DNA from: Takakia lepidozioides
Lineage: Eukaryota > Plantae > Bryophyta
DNA: 64,000 nt
NCBI GenBank assembly: GCA_030704615.1
Contig: CM060733.1
Span: 32,736,001 to 32,800,000, forward strand
Direction: 5' to 3'
The translations under genes were made by a program, and so were the position numbers. Shown here in pieces: positions 14,563 to 27,829 of this stretch. The notes under the pieces are model-generated. The model was not told the DNA's origin, did no database searches, and saw nothing but the letters and a program-made list of their open reading frames with translations. Numbering within the stretch: position 1 is the first letter of the stretch; the number at the start of each line of letters is the position of its first letter.

Positions 14563-14982
14563 ACGACACATGCTACTCTAGTTTGTATGAAGATTTGTTG
14601 GTCCTGCCTTTAGGCAAAGACTAGGGTATGGTTGCTCCCCACTTGTCACGGAACCAAACCAGCTCTTCACGGGACAAATGTTGTTGGATGATTGTTTCTA
14701 GATGGAATAAATGTTTGGTGTTGGATGAAATATATTTGCTCGTTAGAGTTTGCTGCGTTCGTGTCAAGTCGGAAAAAAACTGTAGGCAGTGTGGGTCATG
14801 GTAGTTACTAACACCAACATATGGGCATTTTATAGAACGAATGACATGTGGGTAGCAATAACAGAGATGATCTTTGAATTCTTTGCATGAAAATAGAGAA
14901 CATTGATTAGGACCGATTCAAGGCTATAGACTCAAATTGCGTAGGTTACATTGATCCGAAATTGACATGACTATAAGACAGA

Positions 14983-16230
14983 CCGGTCCCAATATGGATG
15001 TGGCTTGATTTTATTGCAAGCGTGTGAGCTGACAGGTACGGCCCGCGAGGTACAGCCGGGAACCCCCGCTCCGGCAGCCTCGTCGACGAGCTGGACACCC
15101 CATGTCAAATCATCCCCACCCCCTCCAACCCCCGCCCGCTGCCCCCCCCCCTCACTCACCCCCGCCCGGGACCCTGACCCCCGCCCCACCGCTGGCCACG
15201 CGGCGCCCCACACCACCGCCCGATCTCCAGCCACGTGGCGGCACCCCGTTGTGGATCCCCTCACTGGGTTGATCCCCCGTCCAGTGCGGGAGTGACCCCC
15301 CACCCCATCTCCAGCCACGGCGCTCCCCCGAACCGTCAATCCCCTCCCCATCCATCCAGCCTCAATTAAATGGATGATTGGGTCATCCGGCCCTCACACC
15401 ACCCCCCCCCCCCCCCCCCCCCCCCCCGCCATCCTCCCGCGCAGGGATGGATGACGGCCGGATGAAGGCCCCATGACGCGTCCATCACCACGTGCGCTCC
15501 CCCTAGTTGTTCCCCTCCTCCATCCACGGCGCGATCCCCCGAGACGTCGCCGCTCCCCTGACTTGGCTTGATCCCCCCTCCGGACCGGAAGTGATCTCCC
15601 ACCCCAAATTGCCCACCACGTGCTGCTCCCCCGAATCGTCGATCCCCTGCACATCCATCCAACCTAAAAAACAATGGTTGTTTTGTGTCATCCGCCCCTC
15701 ATCCCCCGCCATCCTCCCACGCAGGGGATGGATGACGGACGGATGAAGGGCCGATGACCCTGACAGGCCACGTGCCGCTCCCCCGCCGTCGATCCCCTCT
15801 TCCCATCGACAGCCCGATCCCCCGGATGTACCCCCCCCCCCCCCCCCCCTCGGTTGATCCCCATCCATGCAGTGACTAATCCCCCTCCACCCAACGGGCG
15901 GCACGTGGCGCTCCCCCCGCCGCCGATCCCCTCGTCCCATCCACGGCGCGATCCCCCGAGACGTCGCCGCTCCCCTGACCTGGCTTGATCCCCCCTCCGG
16001 CCCGGAAGTGATCCCCCACCCTAATCGTCCGCCATGTGCTGCTCCCCTGAACCGTCGATCCCTTGCGCATCCATCCAACCTCAAAAACAATGGATGTTTT
16101 GTGTCATCCGCCCTCATCCCCCCGCCATCTCCAGGGCGACGGGACGACGGCCGGATGAAGGCTCGATGACACGTCCACCGCCACGCGGCGCTCCCTCCGC
16201 CGTCGATCCCATCATCCCATCGAATCCGTT
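14983..16230 (+). repeat. Left long inverted repeat plus internal ~417-bp tandem duplication; GC-rich with poly-C tracts
   Basis: Begins ccggtcccaatatggatgtggcttgattttattgcaagcgtgtgagct; block at 15521 is repeated at 15938; many gatcccc and ccacgtgg motifs. Confidence 0.85.
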
Positions 16231-16287
16231 CCCCCGCAAGTGGTTGCTTTTTCTTTTGTGTATTTTGACGTCGTGTGCTCGTTGCCG

Positions 16288-17620
16288 ATGGCGAAGACTA
16301 GGTCTAAGGTTGTTCCCCCGGAGGATGGTATGCTGGTTTTTTGGCACAAGCCTAAGAAAGGGGATGAGGTTCCTTTCTGGTATATGCCAACTGAGTGGGA
16401 GGAGATGATAGTGGAGGCAGAGGCAGACCTCAGAGTTCATGATGGCGCGAAACAAAGGAATCCCTATAAGTACAAGTTTTGTGGGCGGCCCATGAAGGAT
16501 AAGGTTAGGTTGAATAGGCATGTCATTGATGGGGAGGGTTATCTTTGGTTGAACATAGTGGATGGTTGGGACGAGGTTGAGTTGCCACTAAAACCTGGCC
16601 CGTTGCCGAGTTCCCGAAGCAGGTTACTCATTTTGTGGAGAGGTTGAGAGGGTGTACAAACCCCGAAGCGCGACGCGTACCAGGAGACGACGTGTCCCTT
16701 ACTGATCGGCAGCAGCAGCCCAAAGGGGCGAGAAAACAGAAGCCTGATGCGCCTGCACCTTCACAAGTGGCTGCCCTGCAAAGAGGAGTAGCTGTAGTGG
16801 GTCCGAAACCAATTTTGAACGCACCAAATCAAAGAAGGGGGCAAAAAAGGTTAAGATTGTTACTGGTTTACCCTCCGCCCGTGAGAGACAAGTCAAAGTG
16901 CAGCCTGAACTCGCTGTCACTTGGAGTAGAAAGCCAAAGAAAAAGTATCCCTATAGCCGTGAGCAGCCAGCAGCACAAATGGGGGGGAGTGAACATGGGG
17001 GGGATCGGTCTCAAAGTCAGGGGGGCTAGTCCGGAAAAGAGCAAAGACACGCACATGTGGGGGAGTAGAATACTCATGAGGTCGAGGGGGAGCAGACTAC
17101 TCATCAGGACGAGGGGGAGCAGTCTGCCAGCCCAGGGCCTCCTGCAGGGGATGGGGCCATGGACGTCGACGACAACACACCGCACCTGATCACTCCTCCT
17201 GGAACATTTATACTCCTGCAACATGGACTTCTCCCTTCCAATTTCGCTGACCAGAATGATGAAAGAAGCTGGGATGCATTTCTGAATTTCGCATGGAGTG
17301 GAGGGTTTGCAATGTGAGTGGAGAGGGCTGAACGCCGCTGGAGAAGATGGCTTCTACAAGAATAGGTTTGCTTCACCCCCCAATCTCATTTTCAGTTTAT
17401 GGCCATCTGCTCCTCCCAATATTTTCCTAGAATTCCCCCGGTTTGTAAATGTTGATTCTGTTTTGCATTTTTGCCTGCAGATTAATGCTTCCACGGGAGA
17501 AATTGAGGTTGTGCGGGCATGGAGCACTTACAAAGACGGCATTCCCTCCATTGGCCTGGAGTTGCAAGATTTTGAGAGCTACCTTGTGGGAAAGAAGAGT
17601 ACTCCATTCGTAACACCCTC
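16288..17620 (+). pseudogene. Degenerate element-encoded gene of unknown family (Zn-finger-like N-terminus + PGT..GLLPS domain)
   Basis: ATG 16288 (MAKTRSK...FWYMPTEWEEMIVEAEADLRV...KFCGRPMKDKVRLNRH); second domain at 17198-17353; frameshifts and stops; probable intron ~17366-17480; homologous to 55667-56587. Confidence 0.6.
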
Positions 17621-17623
17621 ATG

Positions 17624-20600
17624 TTCCATCAGCCGCTTGGTGGAAGCGATGGTCGCCAAGACTTGCAAGGTAGGCAACTACTCTTGTGAGTTGTATCAGG
17701 AAACTGGTGCCCTGCGTAAAGGGAGTTAGTTATTGTTCGTGAGTGGGATAATTTCCGGAACTAACGTGTCGTTGTTGGTGGACACAGGAACGTCGCACTC
17801 CTTCATGACACCGGCAACGGCACGGAAGCTGGGACTCCCGACAAGTGATGTGGGGGCCTCTATTGAGGTGCGTTGAGAACCACAATTGGCGACGAGGTTG
17901 GCGTTCGATGTTCCTCTTCAGCTCGGGAGTTGGAAGGGACGTGAGAACTTTACCATTTGCGAGATCGATGGAGTGGATCTCAATTTGGGGATGACATTTT
18001 TGAGCAGATCCGGAGTGGTCATAGATGGCAGCAAGAGAGTAGTCACACTACCGTGTGGGAATGGTGGCGAAGTTTTACGGGTGTCGGAAATGCCCAACCC
18101 CGTGGGAGGGCGAATAAACCTGCTATCAGCAAGGGAGTGGGCCGTGGAGGAGTTACACAAGCCCCAATTTTTGCTTTACGTAAGACAAGTGAAGGGAGAA
18201 GGCGATGGGGAGCCGAGCCCAGATTGGATCAAGGGGATTTTGGAGAAATACCAGGATGTGATGCCGGAGGATTTACCAAGCGGGTTGCCACCGCGAAGAG
18301 GAGTTGACCACAAGATTGAGGTGATACTGGGATCGGAGCCGCCTGCCAAGGCGCCCTACCGGTTGAGCCACAGAGAGTTGGTCGAGCTGAAGGCTCAGCT
18401 CAAGGATCTAATGTCAAAGGGGTATATCCGGCCGAGTAAGTCATCTTACGGAGCCCCGGTGCTATTCGCAGACGAGAAGAATGAGACGCTGCGGATGTGT
18501 GTCGATTACAGGGCCCTGAATAAGGTGACTATCATAACCGGTACCATTTTCCAAAGATCGACGACCTCTTCGATCGGTTGGCAGGAGCGAAGTATTTCAG
18601 CCGGATCAATTTGCGCTCCGGGTACCATCAGATCCGAGTGGCGGAAGGAGATGAGGAGAAGACCGCATGCAGGACAAGATATGGTTCGCATGAGTTCTTG
18701 GTGATGCATTTTGGGCTCACCAACGCACCCGCGACCTTTAGCACGCTAATGAACAGCCTTTTGCAGGAGTGGTTGGATGACTTTGTGATCGTATACATCG
18801 ACGACATATTGGTGTACTCGAAAACAAGGAAGAGCACATGGAGCACCTCAAAAGGGTGTTCCAGAAATTGCGGGAAGGGAAGCTGTAAGCCAAAGCTTCA
18901 AAATGCGAATTTGGGGTCACAAAAGTGGAGTTCCTGGGGCATGTGATTACACAGGATGATATCAAAATGGATGACAGAAAGGTGAGGGCGATCTTGGACT
19001 GGGAGCCTCCGACTTCGGTCCCGGGTTTGCGATCCTTCCTAGGACTCGCCTCTTATTACCGGAAGTATGTGAGAAATTTCGCCAAGATCGCGAAGCCGCT
19101 GTCAGACCTTCTGTGTAAATCCAAAGTCTGGGTATGGAACACCTTTTGTGGCCAAGCTTTTGCCAAGTTGAAGCAGCGGATCACGGAAGCTCCAGTCCTC
19201 AAAATCCCAGAGTTCGACCGTCCATTTGAGATTCATACGGATGCGTCGAACTTCGCAATAGGGGATGTACTCATGCAGGATGGACGTCTAGTGGCTTACG
19301 AAAGTAAGAAACTGAATGAAGTGGAGCGACGGTGGCCTATGCATGAGAAGGAAATGAAGGCGGTGGTGCATTGCCTTGAGCTTTGGCGCCACTATGTTGG
19401 TTCCAACCCGGTGAAGGTGTTCACCGACAATGTCACGGTGAAGTATTTTGCCACACAGCCTAAGTTGTCCCCAAAACAACTTAGGTGGCAAGATACTTTG
19501 GCGGTGTTCGACGTGGATATCCAGTACAAACCGGGACGGGACAATGTGGTGGCTGATGCTTTAAGTAGAAAGCAGCAGCTCATGTTGGTGTACAAGGGCG
19601 AGACGGCGCTCCAAAGGAAGATCCAGAAGGCTTACCGGAAGGATGAGATGGCGAAGTCCGTGATACGGGACTTGAGGATGGGGGTTAAATCACAGTTCCA
19701 CTTGCAAAATGGACTGCTCCGGTATAAGCAAAAACGTCTCTACGTGCCGAAGGGAGGGATCAGAGATAGTCTCTTGAGAGAATACCATGATGGCCCGCTT
19801 GCGAGCCACGGCGGAGCCAAGCGCACCGCGACACTCTTGAAGAAAGAGAAGTATTTCTGACCCAAACTGAGGAGGAGGCCGAGGAGTATGTCAAGACATG
19901 CACCACATGCCAACAAAACCAGAGCGAGTACAAAAAGCAAGTGGGGCTGTTACAACCCTTGCCGATTCCAGAGGGGTCTTGGGGAAGTGTCTCGATGGAT
20001 TTCATGACTGCTAAGCCGCTGTCAAATGATTCGATGCGATCATGGTGGTGGTGGATAGGTTCAGTAAAATGGGTCATTTCATCCCACCAAAGAGACGGCA
20101 ACGGCGCAGGAGACGGGGCGACTTACTTTCGTCCACGTCGTCAAGCATCATGGACTCCCGAAGGATATTGTCTGGGACCGCAATCCAAAGTTTACGAGTA
20201 AATTTTGGAAGGCACTTTAGAAGAAGATGGGGACGAGATCAGAGATGAGCACTGCCTTCCGACCTACGACCGACGGCCAAACGGAAAGAGTAAATTCTGT
20301 GGTGAAGCAGATCTTGCGGAATTACGTGTCGGCAGACCAATCAGACTGGGTGGAGCACTTGGACGCGGCAAAGTTCTGTTATAATAACACAAAACACTCC
20401 GCAACGGGAGTTTCCCCTTTCGTATTGGTCTATGGAAAGGCACCTCTGGTGCCGACAAGTTGGGCCGCCTAGGACGTTGAGGAACCGGCAGCAGCGGCGG
20501 TACTGGAAGAACGCGAGCGTTTATTGAAGCTCGCAAAGTACAACATTGCCAAAGCTAGGAAACGGTATGAACGACAGGCAAATCGGAAGTGGAGGGAAGT

Positions 20601-21240
20601 TAAGTTGAGACAGACATGGAGGTCTGGTTGAACATCAAGAATTTCCGACTACCTCCGGAAGTGAGTCCGAAGTTCGTACCTCCGTATGCGGGACCCTTTC
20701 GCATCCGGAAGGTTATGAATGAGGACGTATGTTGGAGCTGCCGGCAAACAGCAAGGTGTACCCGGTTTTCCACGTCTCCCTTTTGAAGCCTTACTTCAAA
20801 GATGAAGCGCGTCCGAATCGGCATCAAGTGTTGCTTCCGCCACCTGCGCTGTTGGATCATGAAGAGGTACAGCGCATGATCCAAGAGACCTTTCAGATCA
20901 TAGACAAACTTGAAACTGGAAATGGAGCAGAAGTGGAATTAGATGACCTAGATGTTCCCGGTGACACGAACATCCCACCAGAAGCCCATGACCCGGTTGC
21001 GGGTGGGGACTCTTACACTGATGAAGTACGAGGTGGAGGCAGTGCTTAAGTCGAGGAGGTTCAAGAATCGAGAAACGGAATATCTTGTGAAATGGAAGGG
21101 CTATCATCATGTGGAGGTATCTTGGGTGCGTGCCTCAGAAATGGGAAACGCATCCGAGGCGGTTGCAGCTTTCGAAGGGCGACCTCAAAAGCGGAAGAAA
21201 CGTTGATGGGGACATCGACCTCGGATCGTGGGGGAGGAAA
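17624..21240 (+). mobile_element. 5'-truncated Ty3/gypsy chromovirus pol pseudogene (PR-RT-RNaseH-IN-chromodomain)
   Basis: LVDTGTSHSF protease; RMCVDYRALN and VYIDDIL RT; IHTDAS RNase H; SMDF/VVDRFSK/DGQTERVN integrase; YAGPF; chromodomain YEVEAVL...YLVKWKGY...SW ending at 21206; PPT-like ggggaggaaa at 21231-21240; many frameshifts. Confidence 0.93.
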
Positions 21241-21990
21241 TGCATGCTTAGCCCGGCTTAGCTAGCTCAGGAATCCGATTGCAAAAACTTGTATTGTACA
21301 AATTTTGTTATAAATGAAATGGTTTCCAAATGTTGTGCGTCCTATTTTATTTGGAATGGTGATGCATGGTATGGTTGGCTAGTGTGTAGAATGCATGCTA
21401 GCTTACAAAAGTGGGAGAGGTAAATTGGATTAATCGTGTATTTGCGTAGTGCCGAAATCGGGTGATTCCCATCCAAGGGGCAATGAAACTTGCGCCTTCC
21501 TTGGGAGTTCACGTGCTAGTGCGCACCTGGCGCGTGCACGTACTATAACTGCACTACCGAGGGGGTTGCCTTGTAGTGCGGGCTAACGCGGAAGCTACGT
21601 GCTTCCGTTCACGTACTATAATCGTGTAGCCTCGGGACGAATTCGTAGTGCGGCTTCGGCGTGTTTCCGTACCTTAGGCCAACATTCCAAGGCAGACCCA
21701 ATTGTAGTGATTGGGCGCATGGTTAGTTCAAGGTTATCTTCCTAGTCAAAAAGGGTTCAAGGTGAACCTTTGCTCAAGGTGATGCTAAAAGCGGCATCAT
21801 GAGCGGTCGCAAGCAATGTTGTTGCAGTAAGGCCATTCGATCCTCGTGGAGGATCGTTCCTTGGCCTTGGAGTAGGCCAAGAAGAGTGCACTGGGAGGAG
21901 CTTGAGAGGCTCCACCCTTGGCCGGGACTTGGAGGAAGTCGGCCGAATTAGCTAGTGGAGAGTAGAGTCAAATGTGGAGTTTGGTTCTTT
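21241..21990 (+). mobile_element. Probable 3' LTR (partial) of the upstream chromovirus
   Basis: Starts TG directly after the PPT; internal cacgtactataa repeats; no partner copy in the window, so the end is undefined. Confidence 0.45.
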
Positions 21991-22110
21991 GCTATGGGAC
22001 GCCATGGTGCGGAAACAAACTCCTTGATGTGGGACACCACAACTTGGATGTTCGTTTCTACAAAATGGACAAGTCGATGAGGACATCGACTCCCTATTGG
22101 TAGGGGTGTG

Positions 22111-22637
22111 TGTCGCGGCCCTTTGCCTGGAGGACAGGGGGTCAGGACGCAGAGGGGCTGCCCCTGTGGTGGGGGCGGTGGCAGCAATAGGTACGGGGGG
22201 CTGAAGCACCCTTGAGTGCCTTGGGCACTCAAGGAGGCGGAGGCGCTCACTAGGTGGAGCCCCGCACACCGGGTTGCGGTGGGGGTGGCTCCACAAGGGG
22301 TGGTGGTAGCTTAGTGGGACTTAGTGGGGATGGCATAGGACTCACCATGGGGCGGAGACCTTATGGTGGGAGTCGTGGGGAGTCTTGGGACCCATCACGG
22401 TCCAATGGGGCCATGGTGGGTGGGCCAAGACTCACCACGACTCATCACCGGGAGTCGGGGGTCTTCGTGGTGGTTCGCCATAAAATGGTAGGGTTATTTG
22501 TGAAACCCCCACGGACAGTCACAGAAGTATATATAGGGAGTAGTAACCCCGAGAACGGTGCAAGCCCGTTGGTGACCAAAAACTAGTGAGTAAGCGAGCG
22601 AGCCGGAAAGCGACCAAGGAGTGGGAGCTATTCCAGA
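22111..22637 (+). mobile_element. LTR of the TGTCGC...GCGACA family, 5' part (3' LTR preceded by a PPT-like tract)
   Basis: Near-identical to 60164-60727 and 61377-61826; preceded by gaggacatcgac...ggtaggggtgtg; TATA-like gtatatatag at ~22527; remainder lies inverted at 29051-29230. Confidence 0.88.
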
Positions 22638-25329
22638 ACAGCAGGGACGTGGGATGGAGGCTTTGGAGACCTATGAGCAAATGATGGGGGAAGGGGTCCA
22701 GCCCGGCCACATTATGTTTGTATGCATTGCAGGCCTGGCAGCCCTGGAGAAGGGCAAAGAGGTGCATGGGGATATCATCAAAGCTGGATTGTACCTAATG
22801 TCATTCGAAACACTGCCCTGGCAGTTCTATGGTGACACCTTAAGAGCTAGAATTGTACCAAATGTCATTTTGAACAATACCCTGGTGGACATGTATGCAA
22901 AATGTGGGTGCATCGAGGATGCAAAGGGAATGTTCAACACTATAGCTGAACAAAATGTGGTGTCGTGGAGTGCGATGCTTGCAGGGTATGCAAAGCGGGG
23001 ACATGGGATGGAGGCTTTGGAGACCTATGAGCAACTGATGGGGGAAGGGTCCAGCCCGGCCACATCATGTTTGTAAGCATTGTAGGCCTGGCAGCCCTGG
23101 AGAAGGGCAAAGAGGTGCATTTGGATATCATCAAAGCTGGAATTGTACTGCCCTGGCAGCTCTCGAAAAGGGGAAGGAGGTCCATGGTGACACCTTCAGA
23201 GCTGGAATTGTACCAATTGTCATTTTGAACAATACCCTAGTGGATATGTAGGCAAAATGTGGGTGCATCGGGGATGCAAAGGGAGTTCAACACTATGGCT
23301 GAACGAGATGTGGTGTCGTGGAGTGCGATGCTTGCAGGGTATGCACGGCAGGGACGTGGGATGGAGGCTTTGGAGACCTATGAGCAAATGATAGGGGAAG
23401 AGGTCCAGCCCAGCCACATCATGTTTGTATGCATTGTAGGCCTGGCAGCCCTGGAGAATGATAAAGAGGTGCATGGGGATATCATCAAAGCTGGAATTGT
23501 ACCTAATGTCATTCCATACACTGCCCTGGCAGCTTTGGAAAAGGGGAAGGAGGTCCGTGGTGACATCTTCAGAGCTGGAATTGTACCAAATGTCATTTTG
23601 AACAATACCCTAGTGGACATGTATGCAAAATGTGGGTGCATCGGGGATGCAAAGGGAGTGTTCAACACTATGGCTAAACGAGATGTGGTGTCGTGGAGTG
23701 CGATGCTTGCAGGGTATGCACAACAGAGACGTGGGATGGAGGCTTTGGAGACCTATGAGCAACTGAAGGGGGAAGGGGTCCAGCCCGGCCACATCATGTT
23801 TGTATGCATTGCAAGCCTGGCAGCCCTGGAGAAGGGCAAAGAGGTGCATTTGGATATCATCAAAGCTGGAATTGTACCTAATGTTATTTGAAACACTGCC
23901 CTAGCAGCTCTCGAAAAGGGGAAGGAGGTCCATGGTGACACCTTCAGAGCTGGAATTGTACCAATTGTCATTTTGAACAATACCCTAGTGGATATGTATG
24001 CAAAATGTGGGTGCATCGGGGATGCAAAGGGAGTGTTCAACACACTATGGCTGAACGAGATGTGGTGTCGTGGAGTGCGATGCTTGCAGGGTATGCACAG
24101 CAGGGACGTGGGATGGAGGCTTTCGAGACCTATGAGCAAATGATGGGGGAAGGGGTTCAGCCCGGCCACATCATGTTTGTATGCATTGCAGGCCTGGCAG
24201 CCGTGGAGAAGGGCAAATAGGTGCATGGGGATATCATCAAAGCTGGAATTGTACCTAATGTCATTCAAAACACTGCCCTGGCAGCTCTGGAAAAGGGGAA
24301 GGAGGTCCATGGTGACACCTTTAGAGCTGGAATTGTACCAAATGTCATTTTGAACAATACCCTAGTGGACATGTATGCAAAATGTGGGTGCATCGGGGAT
24401 GCAAAGGGAGTGTTCAACACTATGGCTGAACGAGATGTGGTGTCATGGAGTGCGATGCTTGCAGGGTATGCACAGCAAGGACGTAGGATGGAGGCTTTGG
24501 AGACCTATGAGCAAATGATGGGGGGAGGGGTTCAGCCCGGCCACATCATGTTTGTATGCATTGCAGGCCTGGCAACCCTGGAGAAGGGCACAGAGGTGCA
24601 TGGGGATATCATCAAAGCTGGAATTGTACCTAATGTCATTCGAAACACTGCCCTGGCAGCTCTGGAAAAGGGGAAGGAGGTCCATGGTGACACCTTTAGA
24701 GCTGGAATTGTACCAAATGTCATTTTGAACAATACCCTAATGGACATGTATGCAAAATGCGGGTGCATTGAGGATGCAAAGGGAATGTTCAACACTATGG
24801 CTGAACGAGATGTGGTGTCGTGGGAGTGCGATGCTTGCAGGGTATGCAACACGGCACGGGACGTGGGATGGAGGCTTTGGAGACTATGAGCAAATGAGGG
24901 GAAGAGGTCCATCCCAGCCACATCATGTTTGTATGCATTGTAGGCCTGGCAGCCCTGGAGAAGGATAGAGTGCATGGGGATATCATCAAAGCTGGAATTG
25001 TACCTAATGTCATTCCATACACTGCCCTGGCAGCTTTGGAAAAGGGGAAGGAGGTCCGTGGTGACATCTTCAGAGCTGGAATTGTACCAAATGTCATTTT
25101 GAACAATACCCTAGTGGACATGTATGCAAAATGTGGTGCATCGGGGATGCAAAGGGAGTGTTTCAACACTATGGCTAAACGAGATGTGGTGTCGTGGAGT
25201 GCGATGCTTGCAGGTATGCACAACAGGGACGTGGGATGGAGGCTTTGAGAGACCTATGAGCAAATGATGGGGGAAGGGGTTCAGCCCGGCCACATCATGT
25301 TTGTGTGCATTGCAGGCCTGGCAGCCCTG
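22638..25329 (+). repeat. PLS-class PPR tandem array, + arm (~7-8 monomers of ~350-375 bp), pseudogenic
   Basis: Repeating DVVSWSAMLAGYAQQGRGMEALETYEQM / ALEKGKEVHGDIIKAGIVP / NTLVDMYAKCGCIGDAKGVF; 375-bp period (23291 to 23666); stops and frameshifts. Confidence 0.93.
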
Positions 25330-25409
25330 ATTTAAATCAGGCACCTCAACCATACCACAGCTTCTAAAGAGGATCAAGAGAGGGAGTCCATAATGCCTCT
25401 TCTTGCTCT

Positions 25410-25995
25410 AAGGGGCATGTGAAGATGCTTTGTGAGGCAAGCAGACTGAAAGAGGCTCTACAACCTTTAAACCAAGGAGCATTTCAGTCACATTATCCAA
25501 AGTGGATTCACACCAAGTGTTTTTCTCCTCAACCCCCTTGTGAACATGTATGTTAAGTGCAGGAGCATCATGAATGCACACCGAGTGTTCAACGGAACTT
25601 TGATCACGTTGAATATAATGTTGGCAGGATTTAACATAGGTGTGGTAGGAATGCTTGGAGACCTATGAGCAACTGCTGCGCGAAGGGGTGAAGCCCAACC
25701 ACATCACATTTGTTTGTAATGCATGTGCAAGCCTGGGAGCTCTGGAAAATGGCAAAGAGGTCCATGGTGACATCGTCAAATCTGGAATTGTACCCAATTG
25801 CATTCTGAACACTGCCCTGGTGGACTGCATGTATGCCAAATGTGGGTGCATCGAGGATGCAAATGAAGTGTTTGACAGTATGGCTGAACGAGATGTGGTG
25901 TCGTGGAGTGCAATGATTGCAGGATATGCACAACAAGGGCGTGGATGGAGGCTTTGGAGACCTATGAGCAATGATGCGGGAAGGGGTGATTCCCC
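25410..25995 (+). pseudogene. N-terminal fragment of a PLS-PPR gene, less derived relative of the array monomer
   Basis: MLCEASRLKEA, NPLVNMYVKC, ETYEQLLREGVKPNHITFVCNACASLGALENGKEVH, MYAKCGCIEDANEVFDSMAERDVVSWSAMIAGY; frameshifted; no E/DYW domain seen. Confidence 0.82.
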
Positions 25996-26599
25996 GTGGA
26001 AAAATAGCTCCAAGAACCTGCATGGTAGATGGTCAACTGGAAGCCGCAGCAACAGCGGCACAATTGATAAAATCAGGCAATGCTAATCAAGGCACCTTCT
26101 TCAACCCATTTCACTCTGTTTTCCCCTCTTATCAGAATCGCCCTAAATTTTCATGTTTGAAGAATTCTCTGCAAATTAGGTGGTTGAGTGAACCTTTGAT
26201 AGTTTGGAGTGACTTTGACATGATACTGCCAAAGTGACAATAGGAAAGTATCCAGAAACGTGTAACAGAGATGAGGAGAAGCTGTGGAATGAATGCTTTT
26301 CTGACCGCAGTCAAGGGTGGGACAACCGAGGGAAAAATATGAATGTCTATTAGATTACAGAGAGTAGGAGACGCAACTCAGCATAGACACTAAGGCAAAC
26401 TCTCCTACCCTGCAAAGGGTGTGTTTTGGTATCTGTGCGAATAAATATAATTTCTAAAAACATAATTTCAATATTTTATTATTTAATAATGTTCTCATCC
26501 AGGCCACTGTCCATATTTCCTATAATAATAATAATAATAATAATTAAATCCATTAATATTCAAACTTAATATTGGAAAGCAAATAATAATTAATTAATG

Positions 26600-27019
26600 T
26601 GTACCACCATACAGGAACGAACACGTGTTGCATAGTGACTTGTCGAAGGTTTGAAATATGACACGTGTCGCATAGTGGCTTGTTCAAGGTGTGAAATCCG
26701 CCGTGAAACATGCCACACTGGCCTTTTTCACACTTTGCCATGTCAGCTATGACATCGGGCATGTCAGCGGCTATGACATCGGGCATGTCAACGGCCATGT
26801 CACCATGCACCCCGTGAAAAAAGCCCACCCATGAAAAAAGCCTCCCGTGGAAAAAGCCACCCGTGGACTTTTCCACAGGGCCACCCGAGAGCTAGGCCAT
26901 CCACGGGGTGTCCGAAAGCACTAGTCGTTCCTTACACCCACGGCAGGTGTGGACTGTGGCTGATTCCACAACAAAAAGTGTGGAAAAAGCCGTGGAAAAA
27001 GCCGGTTTATCTTCTAGTG
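26600..27019 (-). mobile_element. Terminus of a non-autonomous (Pack-)CACTA: TIR plus subterminal CCGTGG/CCACGG repeats
   Basis: Reverse complement of 26990-27019 = CACTAGAAGATAAACCGGCTTTTTCCACGG, matching the TIR at 35761-35790 with 2 mismatches. Confidence 0.88.
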
Positions 27020-27804
27020 ACCCCTACCGGTATGGATACGCCGTGTAGTCCAAGCCCATGTTTTTCTGAGCATAGTGTTGAGGATACAGATGTAATTCAT
27101 TTGTCTACTCCCCCACTCATTGAGATCAGCTTCATTTCATGGCATGAAGGCATATGGAAATCATTATCGAGTGGATGACACAGAGAGTCGTCTTCTTATC
27201 TCTTTTGATTCTGGAGTTGCATCCGTCTTCCAGCAATAGATCGAGCAGAAATAGTGTGCGTGATAGAAATCCAGTCATGTCACCATTAGAGTACGTTGGG
27301 GTCATCAAAGAGATCTTCAAATTGGATTATGGACGAGTGCACCCCATTGTATTTCGTTGTGCTTGGGTGAGGGCCAACCTCGTTGGACAAAATGCTACAA
27401 TGAAGCGGGATTCGTATGGTTTTCTACTTGCAAATTTTGGGAGAATGTTACCCGCCAATGATCAACCGTTCATCTTTCCATCTCAAGTTGAACATGTGTT
27501 CTTTTTGGATGAGTCCCCAAGTTCGGAATGGAAGGTAGTCCTTCGGAAGGATCCAAGAGCAAAAAAGATTGTGGCGGACATAGATCAATGTGACATTGGA
27601 GAAAATGCAGATTTCGATGGCCTTCAGGCACCGTCCACCTTATCAGATCAGCCAATACTTAGGTCATTAGATGGTGCCATGGCTCTAAATAAAGAAGACC
27701 TGACTATGTTGGCTACCATTCAAGCGGCGTTTGTGCAACCAACCGCTATTCCAGTTGAGCAAAGTGATTCAGAGGGTGACGAATATGTTTCAGATTCAGA
27801 ATAA
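27020..27804 (+). pseudogene. C-terminal part of CACTA TnpD transposase (DUF4216-like), displaced by inversion
   Basis: AYGNHYRVDD; EYVGVIKEIFKLDY...VFRCAWV...DSYGF...DQPFIFPSQVEHVFF...WKVVL; joins in frame to 35791 (-). Confidence 0.85.
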
Positions 27805-27829
27805 AGTTTATTGTTGGAACCATTTGTTC

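Noticed and set aside
14971-16117. Gly/Pro/Arg-rich ORFs in the GC-rich repeats (also 39220-40063 and 53589-54158)
   Set aside because: Expected from stop-poor GC-rich repeat DNA; open in several frames on both strands
22569-22580. tggtgacc as a primer-binding site ending the LTR
   Set aside because: The LTR end GCGACA lies further on (29051 and 62239, with TSD support), so this site is internal to the LTR
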